NCBI RefSeq assembly: GCF_006345805.1
Contig: NC_043017.1
Coordinates: 16,492,001-16,556,000 of the forward strand
DNA from: Octopus sinensis
Taxonomy: Eukaryota
Length of the DNA: 64,000 nucleotides
Direction of reading: 5' to 3'
Shown here: piece by piece, positions 13,011 through 25,607 of the stretch
Layout of the letters: every line of letters starts with the position of its first letter
Position numbering within the stretch: the first letter of the stretch is position 1
Notes under the pieces: generated by a model
The model's database searches: none
What the model was told of the DNA's origin: nothing
The model's input: the letters and a program-made list of their open reading frames with translations, nothing else
Made by a program: the position numbers and the translations under genes

Positions 13011-13911
13011 TACCTTTTCTTTAAAAGTGAAAGTGAAAGTAAAATCCTTAGTCAACAGTTGGAGTAAGGTGTAAAGTGATTAAGTATCGTTCAATGATAT
13101 CTTTGTTACTCCGATTCCCACACGGCATGCATTCGAGCAGACATTTCTCAATAAGTTTATCAAGACTACCTGAATAGTTCGCACGTGTGGGGCGAAACTC
13201 CGAGTAGCAATGATCCAACTGTTTTCACATATTTATGTTTATCCAACTGTTTTCACATATACATATACACACATACAGAAAAAACATACACGCATATACA
13301 CAGATGCACGCGCGCACCACACACACACACACACAACACACACACACACACATGTAATGTCTATGCGTGTATGTGCGCGTGTGTGTGCGAGTAGTGCATG
13401 CGCGAATGCACGCACGTCTGTCTAAATCTAATGCATAGAAAAGCAAGCCGTAATAAATCAACCTTGATTTTATTTCACAGGATGAGGAAAGTAATTATTT
13501 GAAGAAAAAGTAGAAATTTGTGAATGAAAACGAAAGAAAAAGTAACAATCGTCGTTTTTCTCACATTTTCTCTCTTATTCATAGACACACGCATACACAA
13601 AACAACAGCTTTTCGTCTAATCCTAGTGTTATAAAGCATTTTTTTACACACAGATTGCAAAATACAAACATACAAACACACATTCACGTAACAAGATATG
13701 CGCATATCTAATGACAAAAATTAAAATTTTGTGCTTTTACGTCCGTATAAATACACACGCTTGTGTGCACGCGCGTGTGTAGGTATATAAGTATGAATAT
13801 GTTGGTGTGTGTGTATGCGTTTTGAAAGAGTTTTATTCCCCACTTTCTCTTACTCTCTCTTTCTCACCCCTCATATGTATATATAAAAATATAAACATAA
13901 AGGTATACATA

Positions 13912-13944
<33 letters not shown>

Positions 13945-14130
13945 GTTCATCTCAAGCAAGAGAAAACAAATTTGGTTGATGGTTGAAGAGAAACGAAGGA
14001 AAAGAGGAAGGAGACCAGGTAGATGGAGAGGGGGAGAAAGGAAAGAATGAATGAAAGGAAAACAACGGAAACGGTAAGGAAAGAATTTGGGGGGGGGGAA
14101 GTAAACAGAAAAAGGGGACACGGAAAAAAA

Positions 14131-14150
14131 AGGAGGAGGAGGAGGAGGAG

Positions 14151-14182
<32 letters not shown>

Positions 14183-14408
14183 AGAAGAAGAAGAAGAAGA
14201 AGAAGAAGAAGGGGAAGGAGAAGGAGAAGAAGAAGAAGAAGAAGAAGAAGAAGAGAAGAAGAAGAAGAAGAAGAAGAAGAAAGAGAAGGAGAAGAAGGGG
14301 AAGGAGAAGAGGAAGAAGAAGAAGAAGAAAAAGAAGAAGAAGAAGAAGAAGAAAAAGAAGAAAAGGAAGAAGAAGAAAAAGAAGAAAGAAGAAGAAGAAA
14401 GAAGAAGA
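14131..14408 (+). repeat. (GGA)n/(GAA)n polypurine tract
   Basis: About 280 nt of uninterrupted purines. Confidence 0.95.
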
Positions 14409-14857
14409 TCGACGCTGACGACAAGAAAAATAATGGGAAGAATAAGAATGCGAAGAACAGAAAATAAAGAATAAGGGGTCAAAGTGATGATCTGGTAGAA
14501 GTAGAAGCGACAGGAAAACAAGGTGAGATGAGGTAAGGTGGCATAAAAGAGTCTTCTATAGACAGCTACCATTTCTCCAACAGTACAAGACACATATTGA
14601 ATGGTAAGGTTTAACAACTTCAAGAAGAACACCAGATACTTACAGCAGATATTTGTATTTTCCTCTCGAATCGCTTTCCACCCCAGCTTATTGCCACTTC
14701 TTTCAACATTACCGCCACAACTGGCACCACCATTACCACTACCACCACGATCTCTTACTACGACAAGAACTACCACCACCGGCAGTGATAGTTGTAGTAG
14801 TAGTAGTGGTGGTAGTAGCAGCAGCAGCAGCAGCGGTAGTGGTAGTGGTAGCTTACC

Positions 14858-15275
14858 TACGCTTGTCTTTCACAATTCAGATTTGCAGCGAGGCGATGAA
14901 TTTCGTATCCACACTGCTATCTCTCTGGTGTCAGCATAACAAAAACAATAGAGAGAGAGAGAGAGAGGATGGAGCATATGTGTGCATATGTGTGCATATG
15001 TGTGCATATGTGTGCATATGTGTGCATTCGGCGATATATGCGACGAGAGGCACTCACCTAGTTGGCTCTCGAAAAGATTCTCTTAAACGTTACTGCGAAA
15101 CCTTCCAGGAATCACCACCACGTCTCCTTCCCCGCACCGTCTTTTCCACGGTGCTTCGCTATTTTCTTCGCACTCTCACACCATCTTAGTGTGTCGTTTT
15201 CTTCCTCACAGTAAATCATCGTTCTCACATGTTCTCGTTAACTGCTCTACACTACCGACACTATACACTCACACT
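14858..15275 (-). other. Probable non-coding 5' exons of an unidentified minus-strand gene
   Basis: Unique, CpG-richer sequence with minus-strand donors TAG|GTGAGT (~15057) and TAG|GTAAGC (~14857), plus CT|GTAAGT at ~14644; no convincing CDS. Confidence 0.35.
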
Positions 15276-15445
15276 GCATTTCGACATACGTACGTCCACA
15301 CGCACATACATACATACATACATACATACACACATACATACATACGTACATACATACATACATTATGTATGCATTATAATGCATGTGTGTGTGCACAAAG
15401 ACAAACATAGGCTCATATGATTGTATGTACCTATATATCTATATC

Positions 15446-15495
<50 letters not shown>

Positions 15496-15522
15496 ATATC
15501 TATCTATTATATTATATATATT

Positions 15523-15578
<56 letters not shown>

Positions 15579-15817
15579 ATATATATATATACATATACAC
15601 ATAACACACTCCACATACGTATATAAATGTATATTAGAATATTCATATATGCGCTTTGTATATGTTGTATTTGTAATGTCTGTAAATATATATAATATAT
15701 TATATATATATATATTATATAAAATATTATTAGAGACAAAACCACTATTTTGCAAAACAAACAAGGAAAGACTTAATCAATACATAAAATTTTAATAAAT
15801 AGTCAAAAAAAAAACCG

Positions 15818-15860
15818 CCACTACAATCGTTTTTTGTCTTGATCGACAATCTTCAGGTGG
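15818..15860 (-). ncRNA. Minimal type I hammerhead ribozyme relic (G12A)
   Basis: CCAC-CUGAAGA-UUGUC-GAUCAA-GACAA-AAAAC-GAUU-GUA-GUGG; stems I and II pair fully, and GAAAC is mutated to AAAAC. Confidence 0.65.
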
Positions 15861-16199
15861 ACTTCCAATCTAAAAAATCAATATTTTAAAATATAAAAAT
15901 AATAATTTTAAAATAATTAAAGTATGAATGAAAAAATATAAGTATATAATCCATATATAACCTATATATAATCCATATATAATCAATATATAAACAATAT
16001 ATAAACTAAAAAAAAAACCTATCAACAATTAAATATAAAATATAAAATATAAAATATAAAATATAAAACAAAACAAAAAAATAATAATAATATAATAATA
16101 AACTATATATACACCCATACACATATACCTAATTATATATAACCATATCTAACTACATACACTAAATCACACACCTATATATATATCCCTATACATACA

Positions 16200-19100
16200 C
16201 ATAAAAACGTCTAGGCAACTATAAATAAATAAAATAGCTAAATACTTCAACCCAATACTTATTCATACTCCCACACACACACACACACATACAACCCACA
16301 TTCACGCTCTAGAAAACGGACATCACTCAAAACTATGAACGGAGAAATGGAATAAATGGAATTAAAAATTATATTCACTTGGTAAAACGAACACTACTTA
16401 AAATTATGAATGAACAATGCAATAAAACAACAGACATCGCAAATAGACACAAATTACTACGAATTCCTTAACAAACCTACCATGATAAACCAAAACTCAT
16501 AAAAACATATAATGATAAAATCTCCCTTTACTAAACTCTATAACAAACCTATATAGCAATCCCCCTAACCTAAACATTCACACACAAATACACACACGTA
16601 AACCACACACCCACGACATATACAAATACCCACACCACTTACACATACCAATACATACATATAAACCTCAACATATACTCCAAAAACCCACTCAACCCCA
16701 CACAGACAAATAAACACAAAAATTATGAATGGATTCTTTTATAAAACTACCATGATAAGCTAAAACACAAAAAACAGAAATGATAAAACCTCCCTTTACT
16801 AAACACTATAACATACTTATATAGCAATCCCTTTAACCTATACATTCACACACACAACACACACACGTAAATCACACACCCATAACAAATACAAACCCCC
16901 CCAAGTACATATAAGCCTCAACATATACACCAAACAAAATTACTTTACCAAGGAACTTAACATATGTATAAAAAGTATAACCGCTCTGGAAACGAACATC
17001 TCTAAATTAATGAATGGAGAAATGGAATAAATGGAATTAAAAATAATATTCACGTGGCAAAACGAACACCACTCAAAAATTATGAATGAAACAATGTAAT
17101 AAAACAACCAACATCGAAAATACAAATTACCACGAATTCCCTAAAAAAACCATGATAAACCAAAACTCTTAAAAACATATAACGATAAAATCTCCCTTTG
17201 CTAAACTCTATAACAAACCTATATAGTAATCCCCCTAACCTAAACATTCACACACAAATACACACACGTAAACCACAGACCCACGACTTATACACATACC
17301 TATACTAACTTATAAACCTCAATATACACCAAAACCCACTCCCTCCCCACACAGACAAATTAACACATACATCCCAAAACCTAAATAACAAACCCATATA
17401 CACATTCACACACAAACACACACACACGCAAAACACACACACAACAGATACATATACTCCCTCACATATACGCATATACATACTCACTAAACTCGATATA
17501 TACAAAATATTTACACACCCACACTCATACAGATAAATAAATTATACAACTAAAAACTCACACACAATCTCATATACATAAACACTCCTATGAAAACAAC
17601 ATTAAATACATCGTAATTAACCAGAATATCAAAAATAACAATATGACATAAGGATAAATAAAATACATACTTACAAGTCAGTTTCAAATTATGAAGTGAA
17701 ATTAAATTCTTAGCCGTTAAAAAAATCAAACCAAAATTACGTTACCATAGAAATAACTTATGTAAAAAAAGAATACGCGCCATGGAAAGTAAACGTCATT
17801 TAAATTATGAATGGAGAAATAGAATAAATGGAACTAAAAACTATATCCACGTGGCAAACCAACACTACTTAAAAAAATTTATTATGAATGGATTCTTTAA
17901 AAAACTACCATGAAAAATCATTATATACATTTAGAGCTTTAGCTCACCTTAGCAGCTCTAACAAACAACTTGCAGTAACCCAAACCCATTCTCTATGCCT
18001 ACCTCACTACTACACTATTCCATTCACAATTCAAGCACGCTAGTCCACCACCCGGTTATTCACGTGGCAAAACGAACCCACTCAAAAATTATGAATGAAA
18101 CAATGTAATAAAACAACCAACATCGAAAATAGACAAATTACCACGATTCCCTAAAAAAACCATGATAAACCAAAACTCATAAAAACATATAACGATAATC
18201 TCCCTTTGCTAAACTCTAAAACTATCTAAATCCTAACCTATAACACAATACACATAAACCACCTAAACTAAACAATCCACACAAACCAAAACATACACCA
18301 CACACTAACTAACACACAGACCCACGACTTATACACATACCTATACTAACTTATAAACCTCAATATACACCAAAACCCACTCCCTCCCCACACAGACAAA
18401 TTAACACATACATCCCAAAACCTAAATAACAAACCCATATACACATTCACACACAAACACACACACGCAAAACACACACACACAACAGATACATATACTC
18501 CCTCACATATACGCATATACATACTCACTAAACTCGATATATACAACAATATTTACACACCCACACTCATACAGATAAATAAATTATACAACTAAAAACT
18601 CACACACAATCTCATATACATAAACACTCCTATGAAAACAACATTAAATACATCGTAATTAACCAGAATATCAAAAATAACAATATGACATAAGGATAAA
18701 TAAAATACATACTTACAAGTCAATTTCAAATTATGAAGTGAAATTAAATTCTTAGCCGTTAAAAAAACCAAACCAAAATTACGTTACCATAGAAATAACT
18801 TATGTAAAAAAAAGAATACGCGCCATAGAAAGTAAACGTCATTTAAATTATGAATGGAGAAATAGAATAAATGGAACTAAAACTATATCCACGTAGCAAA
18901 CCAACACTACTTAAAAAAATTTATTATGAATGGATTCTTTAAAAAACTACCATGAAAAAGCATTATATACATTTATGAGCTTTAGCTCACCTTAGCAGCT
19001 CTAACAAACAACTTGCAGTAACCCAAACCTATTCTCGATGCCTACCTCACTACCACACTAATCCATTCACAATTCCAAGCAACGCTAGTCCACCACCCGG

Positions 19101-19895
19101 TTACAATTCCCAACTCCACCCATTCATTCACAATTTCAACGACGTTCGCCTCCACAGCGCTACATATAAGCCTCAACATATACACCGGAGATACACTTAC
19201 ACATCCGTGCGGATGGTGAGAGTATACATTGAGTGTAGTGATGGGGCTCCCATTACTATACACATTTGTACCTGTGTGGTAGTCTCCATGTGTATATTCA
19301 CGCACGGGTATAAATGCAGGGGGTACACGCGCACGTCATTTGCGTGTACCCCCTCACATGTACATATACATGCTATTTGGGCTCGATATATGCAACAATG
19401 TAATCGCGCCCGCATACATGCATATGGGCGAATTGCACAATCAAAAAACGCACACGTGTGTGTGTGCGTTCCCTGGTTGTGCAATTCACCCATCTGGGTG
19501 TGAGTGGGTGTAAGCGTATCGCTGTGGATGTCGAGCTTGATACGTATGTATATGAGTGTGTATTAGGGGGTTGTACGTATTAATTGTGTGCATGTGCTTC
19601 ACGCACTTGCGTCCATGTATGGATGAATATATTGGGATTACTATGTGGGTGTAAATTGGGTATGGAGGGGGGAGTTTTGTCATTGTATGGGTGTGGGTTT
19701 CATTTGTGATGGTGGTTAGTTGGTGATTTTTAGTATGTTCTGTATATTTGGGTTAGTTATGTATTATTCTAGTGTGTATAATTGTATACATATAATTGGT
19801 GTGAATGGGATTACGCCCATTTTTGGGGATGTATGTGTTTATTTATCCATGTGGGGCGGGAGTAGCCGTTAGGTGTATATGCTGAGGCTCACATG
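16200..19895. repeat. A/C-rich complex repeat with a ~1.04-kb tandem duplication (~17045-18055 and ~18060-19105) and an inverted G/T-rich copy at ~19600-19895
   Basis: 17281-18050 recurs at 18321-19100; GTGTATATGCTGAGGCTCACATG (19873-19895) is an inverted copy of the repeated CATATAAGCCTCAACATATACAC unit. Confidence 0.8.
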
Positions 19896-19942
19896 CAATT
19901 CCAGGTACAGCGAATGAAGTGGGCACTTATATTTGTTATGGG

Positions 19943-20128
19943 TGGGTTCCGCCAGTACAGTCCAGGGATTCCTCAAGAAGTTACAAAACTGCTAAAATCG
20001 GCAGTAATTTATAATTCTCCTGTGCAGATATGTGTGCATAAGACTATTAAATTATTGCACAGGGGTTCCTCGAGCCAGTGGAATGTTTCCTTGGGGTTCC
20101 GCTCCAGCAAAAAGGTTGAAAAGCACTG
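19943..20128. mobile_element. hAT (Charlie-like) MITE terminal fragment
   Basis: Repeated GGGTTCC subterminal motifs; ends AAAAGGTTGAAAAGCACTG. Confidence 0.5.
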
Positions 20129-20131
20129 GTA

Positions 20132-20610
20132 TAGAGAGTTCATCGAAGATGAAATCAAGAGAATGTTGAAAGATGGGATTATTAAAGTAGAAGCACTTGG
20201 CAGGCACACAGTCATTCGTCGTGTCGAGAAGGAATAAATCAGTTAGGTCCTGTTGGCGCTGATCGGGCAGCTAACATTGATTAATTAATTCCTCGAAAGA
20301 ATCGAGTCCAATAATTACTTCTCTAATAATTACTTCTCTAATAATTACTTCTCTAATATCGACTTTGAATGAAGCCAACAATCAAATTCCACTCCGAGAA
20401 GAGGATTTTCATTTGACGGCTTTTGAAGCCTGTAACAAACTGTGTCAAATTTACTCGCCGACCATTCAGGTGTTCCAATGCCGTTGCCATCTTTTAACAT
20501 ATTTATAGATTCATTCATTCACGATTATTCTCTTCAAAAGGACCTATTGTTAATCGATGATGTCATTATCGGAGGCGAAAAAAAGGAAAAACACGACCGT
20601 AATTTATCTG
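20132..20610 (+). pseudogene. Ty3/gypsy reverse transcriptase fragment
   Basis: REFIEDEIKRMLKDGII; QIPLREEDFHLTAFEACNKLCQ; LIDDVIIGGEKKEKHDRNL, with frameshifts. Confidence 0.7.
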
Positions 20611-21297
20611 GATAGCCGGCATGCCACTTGACAAATCAAAAACCGTGTCATCATTCTCTTCTGGATCGCTTCCTTCCATATTCTATAGAATTTCATGACT
20701 ATGCATGTTCTTCAGATTGAATAAAAACTCTCGGTTGTCGCATCTTCAGCGTGTAAATAAAGTTATCATTGTTATTGTTGCTGTTAATATTGTTATTATT
20801 ACTATTTTCACTTCTACTTCTAAGCTATCAAATATGAACGCTCTTAATCTACGGGTGTTGTGTGAAGCTATGGTTTGCATCAGGAACCTGATGCACAGCA
20901 CAGCTTCACACAACAGGTTCCTGATGAGCATGCAAACCTAACCGAATGCCTATTAAACAAGTTCCTGTATCGACCCGAGGGTGGGAAACGCTTCGCCAAG
21001 GTCATCAAAAAGTTTCTCGGAATATTGGTGGCGACTGGATCCGAATGGTGCTTTATACCACACCTCTAAATTATCTCAATCTATCTCTCCGTTTCTTAGA
21101 ATTATCAATTTGTTTATTACTTCTGCTACTCCTATTTATATTTTTGTCCAGGTGATGTGTATAATTATTTTTATTTTTTAACAAAACCTTCAAATTATTA
21201 CCTCGAAAATTAATCGGTTGCAGCACCCGAATATGGTAACTCTTGTATACCTTTCTGGTCCAGTACTTTAGCACTAATAATATATTAATTATTTAAA

Positions 21298-21528
21298 GGC
21301 GGCGAGCTGGCAGAATCGTTAGCGCGCCGGGCGAAATGCTGAGCGGTATTTCGTCTGCCGTTACGTTCTGAGTTCAAATTCCGCTGAAGTCGACTTTGCC
21401 TTTCATCCTTTCGGAATCGATTAAATAAGTACCAGTTACGCACTGGGGTCGATATAATCGACTTAATTCGTTTGTCTGTCCTTGTTTGTCCTCTCTGTGT
21501 TTAGCCCCTTGTGGGTAGTAAAGAAATA
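21298..21528 (+). mobile_element. tRNA-derived SINE, family B (full length)
   Basis: GGCGGCGAGCTGGCAGAATCGTTAG...GAGTTCAAATTCC...CCCTTGTGGGTAGTAAAGAAATA. Confidence 0.85.
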
Positions 21529-22351
21529 AATATATTAAATTATTTAATTAGTTTGAATTATAGAAGGTCCCTCTAATCTTTGTTCGTTATTACTTGTATT
21601 TATTAGATGTTCCACTTGAATTTCTTTTGCAACCTCTCTCTCATTTATTCATTAATTTTTTTCTTATCTATCGCTCTGCTACTTTCTTTTAAGTATGGTA
21701 TTATCATTTTTTAATGATAACTCTCAGCATATTTTGCTGGGTATGATGGAATGTGTCAGCTGTCCACAGCCAACAGACTAAGGTGACACTTATCTATTGG
21801 TCATGCTTCAAGAACCCTGCGAAGAATTCCTACAGTTCCAAACGATGCTGATTTTTGTAGGCGTTCTACCTTTACGCTTGTACCGGTATTTTTGATCCAC
21901 GCTGGAAGTGCTGATACTTCCAAGGGTGCCAATTACTTTTGGTATCACGCCTACTCTCCTCATTGACCACAACCTTCGTATTTACCACTTCAAATTGTTA
22001 TAGTTGTTCAGTTTTTCTTCTTTCTCTTTGATCCTCTTGTCACCGGGACACGAATTTTTTTCCTACGAGAGTAGGGAAGTAATTATTCGCATACAGCCAA
22101 TCAAAGCTCACTTTCACTTTGTCAAGTTAATAAATGTTGGCATTCAAAATGGCGACCTCCGATTACCATGCGAATCTTGTATTCTGCTCTCATTCAGATG
22201 CCAATATCATCGAAACTGAACACATACGCTTGTTAGCGGTAGGTTTGAATTACTATAGCAATCAAAGATAATGTTTTGGACGAATATGAAAGTACGGAAA
22301 CTGTTTGAAGCTTTCATAAATACACTGTTGTCAATATTCTGAAAATAGCTC

Positions 22352-22485
22352 TCCGCCGAGGTCGACTTTGCCTGTCATTCTTTCGGGGTCGATAAATTTA
22401 AATACCAGTTGCGTACAGGGGTCGATCTAATCGACTGGTCCCCTCCCCCAAAATTTCGGGCCTTGTGCCCTGAGTAGAAAAGAAT
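22352..22485 (+). mobile_element. SINE family B, 5'-truncated
   Basis: CCGCCGAGGTCGACTTTGCCTGTCATTCTTTCGGGGTCGATAAA core and a tail matching 6830-6900. Confidence 0.75.
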
Positions 22486-22750
22486 ATTTGTAAACAACGT
22501 GTTATGTCTCTGGTAATTTTATTTCATGGAAATAAATCTTATTTGGCTGTAATTTTTAGCACGCCTTACAGCCACCAGTGTTTAATGCAAATGCGATAAA
22601 CACATTAGAATCTCTAACAGAAAAATTTAAAAGAATTAGATGAAAGTTTTCCAGTAATTTTCTTTCATGTAAATAAATGTTTATGTTAATTTAAAAGAGA
22701 AAATCAGTTAGTTTTAAATCTCTGAGCGAGATGTTAGCAAATAAACTTTA

Positions 22751-23568
22751 GGATCTTTTCCTTTTGAACGGCAGATGTCAACACAATTTCTAGTTAACTA
22801 AACACTTTTAAACTTCGTATACTGGTAGAATGTGTTTATAAAACATCATTTTTTCTTCGTTTTATTGAGAAAATTCTATAGTTTGTAACATATTTCCTCT
22901 TTAAAATCGAGCATTTCGGCAATTTTAACCAATCAAATACGTCCATTTGGAGTCAAAACATAACGTGCTGTATGAGTATGTCCCTTGTTTAAGAAACAGA
23001 TTGGGTTTATTTACATTTGCGAAGAAAAAAAGATACCCTTCCCCTACCCCTAACCCTAAGCCTAACTTACCCTAACTCTAAAATAGATTGAAATGCAATA
23101 GATCGATACTAGGGTTATAATTATGGGTGACAATTTCATACGACACCGCTACAGAAAATGGGATTTTTTTCTAGCGGTGTCAAATGAAAATGTCACCCAT
23201 AATTATAACCCTAGTATCGATCTATTGGATTTCAATCTATTTTAGGATTAGGGTTAGAGTTAGGGTTAGGGGTGGGGGAAGGATATCTTTTTTTCTTCGC
23301 AAATGTAAATAAACTCAATCTATTTCTTAAAGGAGGGACATATTCATACAGCACGTTATGTTTTGACTCCAAATGGACGTATTTTATTGGTTAAAATTGC
23401 CGAAATGCTCGATTTTAAAGTGGAAATATGTTACAAACTATAGAATTTTCTCAATAAAACCAAGAAAAAATGATGTTTTATAAACACATTCTACCAGTAT
23501 ACGAAGTTTAAAAGTGTTTAGTTAACTAGAAATTGTGTTGACATCTGCCGTTCAAAAGGAAAAGATCC
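22751..23568. mobile_element. 818-bp foldback MITE (Merlin-like) with ~400-bp near-perfect arms
   Basis: GGATCTTTTCCTTTTGAACGGCAG...CTGCCGTTCAAAAGGAAAAGATCC; exact 8-bp TSD AAACTTTA (22743-22750 and 23569-23576). Confidence 0.9.
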
Positions 23569-24902
23569 AAACTTTAATTTAAAAGATTTATCCAAAAAAT
23601 CTTATTTAGCTGTTATTTTTAGCATACCTCACAGCCATCTCAATGCTTAATAACAAAAAGAAACAAACATTAACCTAGACGGAGAAGTTGCTGTTTGCCA
23701 GTAGAGAGGGAAAGAATAAAGAATGCACAGTGCTGACTAGAAAGGATGAAGGGATAAAGGTGGCTCTGCTCTGATTGGCTATATGCAAATGAATTCATTA
23801 CTGGGGGGTCCGGAACTCTCGTGGAAAAAAATTTTTGCCACCGGGACATGCTATGTTGTTTGTCATACTTGTTTTTTTTTTCTTTTTCTTTTCACCACAA
23901 CAATATCCGGTTTCCGATGTCTGGTCAGGTGATTCCACTGAATCATTGGATCCCAGAGGATTTTGCAATTTTCATTCTCGGTGACTCCGTCTGAGGTTTG
24001 TACACACCACGTCTTTGCTCTTTGTCGGCCGTGATTTTCACAGAGCTCCCAATGGATCATTCTTACCACATTGTCATGTCGTCTTTTGTAATCGCATTGC
24101 GCCAATTTCGGCCATTTGCTAAAAATGTGCCGCACCGTTTTATTCCTCTCACCACACATTCTGCGTTTATCGCTCTCAGTAGTGTTGTCGATTCTGCACT
24201 TCACATAGTTAGTCCTTAACGCTTGATCGTGAGCTGCTTCTGTCTCTATCTTCAGGTCACTCCTCCTCATCCATAGCCACCGGTCTTTTGTATCTATCTT
24301 GGCATTCGTATCTCTTGCAAACTGACCGTACATTTGTTTCTCCTTCCATGCTGTTTTTTTGTGTATGTTCTTTTTCTTTTAACGTTTTTGTTTCTTAATG
24401 CAAGTATCAGTCTTAATGACGCCAGCCTTCTTCTCATGTTTCAACAATGGTTCCACGGTATTTTTTACATGCCCTAAGCTGTTTTCCTCTGCTCCGATAC
24501 AGTCCTGGCAACTGATCAAACATCTCCCACCCTTTCCTCTGGACAAGTACAGCATATCGGTGTCACTCTTAGAGTGAAAGGTTCCGTACACTGTCAACAT
24601 TTTTCTTGTCTTCGTATTATGAGGATTCGCCTGTAATTGAAAAAGGTATTATAAAAGGAGAAAGGGGCTCTCTACCCCCCTTTTTGACCAGGCTCCCCTT
24701 TGCTTTTATGGGTTTTTCCACCAGGAACCTTTCGTAACACCTTCCCCTATTGGGAGTTTTTCGTTGTTATATTATTTGATTGTTACACTGTTTTTACACG
24801 ATTTTTTCACAAACGGACAAAACCCTTTGTAACCTTTCGTCCTGTTTTGTCCCTTTATGTTTTCCAATCATATTTGTCAGCCCTTTGTGGCCAATAAAAA
24901 GA

Positions 24903-25325
24903 ATTAATTATTATTATAATTATTATTGTTGTTGTTGTTTTCCTTCTCAGAGTGCTCGGTCTTGCATGCTTTGGTTGATTCTGTGAGAGCGGACAGCAGC
25001 CTGCTACCAGAGGTTTCACAGGGTCTCTTTCCGCACATTATAAGCTTTGATACTTGGTTGTTAATTATCGTGGAAGACGTTCAACATCCAAGTACCAATC
25101 TCAAAATCCTAGCTGTCCCGGGATTTGCTCTCTTCTCAAGTCAATTCTGAATTCTCTAACATATCTCTCGAACTTGATTGCTAGTGTTCCGAGTGTCCCT
25201 ACGACTCATGCGATGACTACATTTTCGTCTATTAGTAGTCTGTACTTTTCCATCTTTTCTAATTTTTCGTCACTTATGCGTGCATCCCCAGCTAGTGCAA
25301 TATCTACAATCTTGCAGTTCTATAT
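24903..25325 (-). mobile_element. R4/Dong-type LINE 3' end with (CAA)n/(TAA)n tail
   Basis: CKIVDIALAGD..EKLEKMEKY..VVGTLGT..GTARILRLVL on the minus strand. Confidence 0.6.
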
Positions 25326-25403
25326 TTAAGAGATGAGGAATTATGTACATTATTTACTTTATTTACATTTGACGGATATTTGTCCTCATCTTGTTTGTTG
25401 TTA

Positions 25404-25447
25404 ATACAACGTTTCGGCTGATATACCCTCCATCCTTCATCAGGTGT
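25404..25447 (-). ncRNA. Minimal hammerhead ribozyme (intact core) in a Penelope-like terminal fragment (~25325-25495)
   Basis: ACAC-CUGAUGA-A-GGAUG-loop-CAGCC-GAAAC-GUU-GUAU; core intact, with one mismatch each in stems I and II. Confidence 0.7.
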
Positions 25448-25519
25448 CTTGGGGAAATTTCGAACCTGAGTTCTCATTCCTAAGGTATTTTACAATGTTG
25501 TTGTTGTTGTTGTTGTTGC

Positions 25520-25559
<40 letters not shown>

Positions 25560-25561
25560 GC

Positions 25562-25598
<37 letters not shown>

Positions 25599-25607
25599 AT
25601 TATTATT

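Larger units (their letters stand above)
22051..23838. mobile_element. Non-autonomous DNA transposon with imperfect TIRs and a 10-bp TSD (Mutator-like)
   Basis: TSD CACCGGGACA at 22041-22050 and 23839-23848; termini AATTTTTTTCCTACGAGAGT and ACTCTCGTGGAAAAAAATT; subterminal GCATACAGCCAATCA and TGATTGGCTATATGC. Confidence 0.7.
21770..24612 (-). mobile_element. R4/Dong-clade non-LTR retrotransposon 3' part, split by an insertion at 22051-23838
   Basis: ORF 23863-24333 has the zinc-knuckle region, KRRHD and RKPDIVVV (restriction-like endonuclease). IACPGDKR spans the insertion junction and continues to ~21800. Confidence 0.75.

Noticed and set aside
13864-14939. Poly-K/R, poly-S/F/L and Ser/Gly-rich ORFs
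   Set aside because: They are by-products of GAA, GTA and GCA repeats, with no domain or supported coding exon.
21298-21385. tRNA-like sequences here and at 1249, 7227 and 11071
   Set aside because: These are SINE heads with A and B boxes but no complete cloverleaf; each continues into a SINE body.
24615-24905. Odd homopolymer-rich stretch ending in a distorted SINE B tail
   Set aside because: It looks like low-quality or heavily decayed sequence with no interpretable structure.
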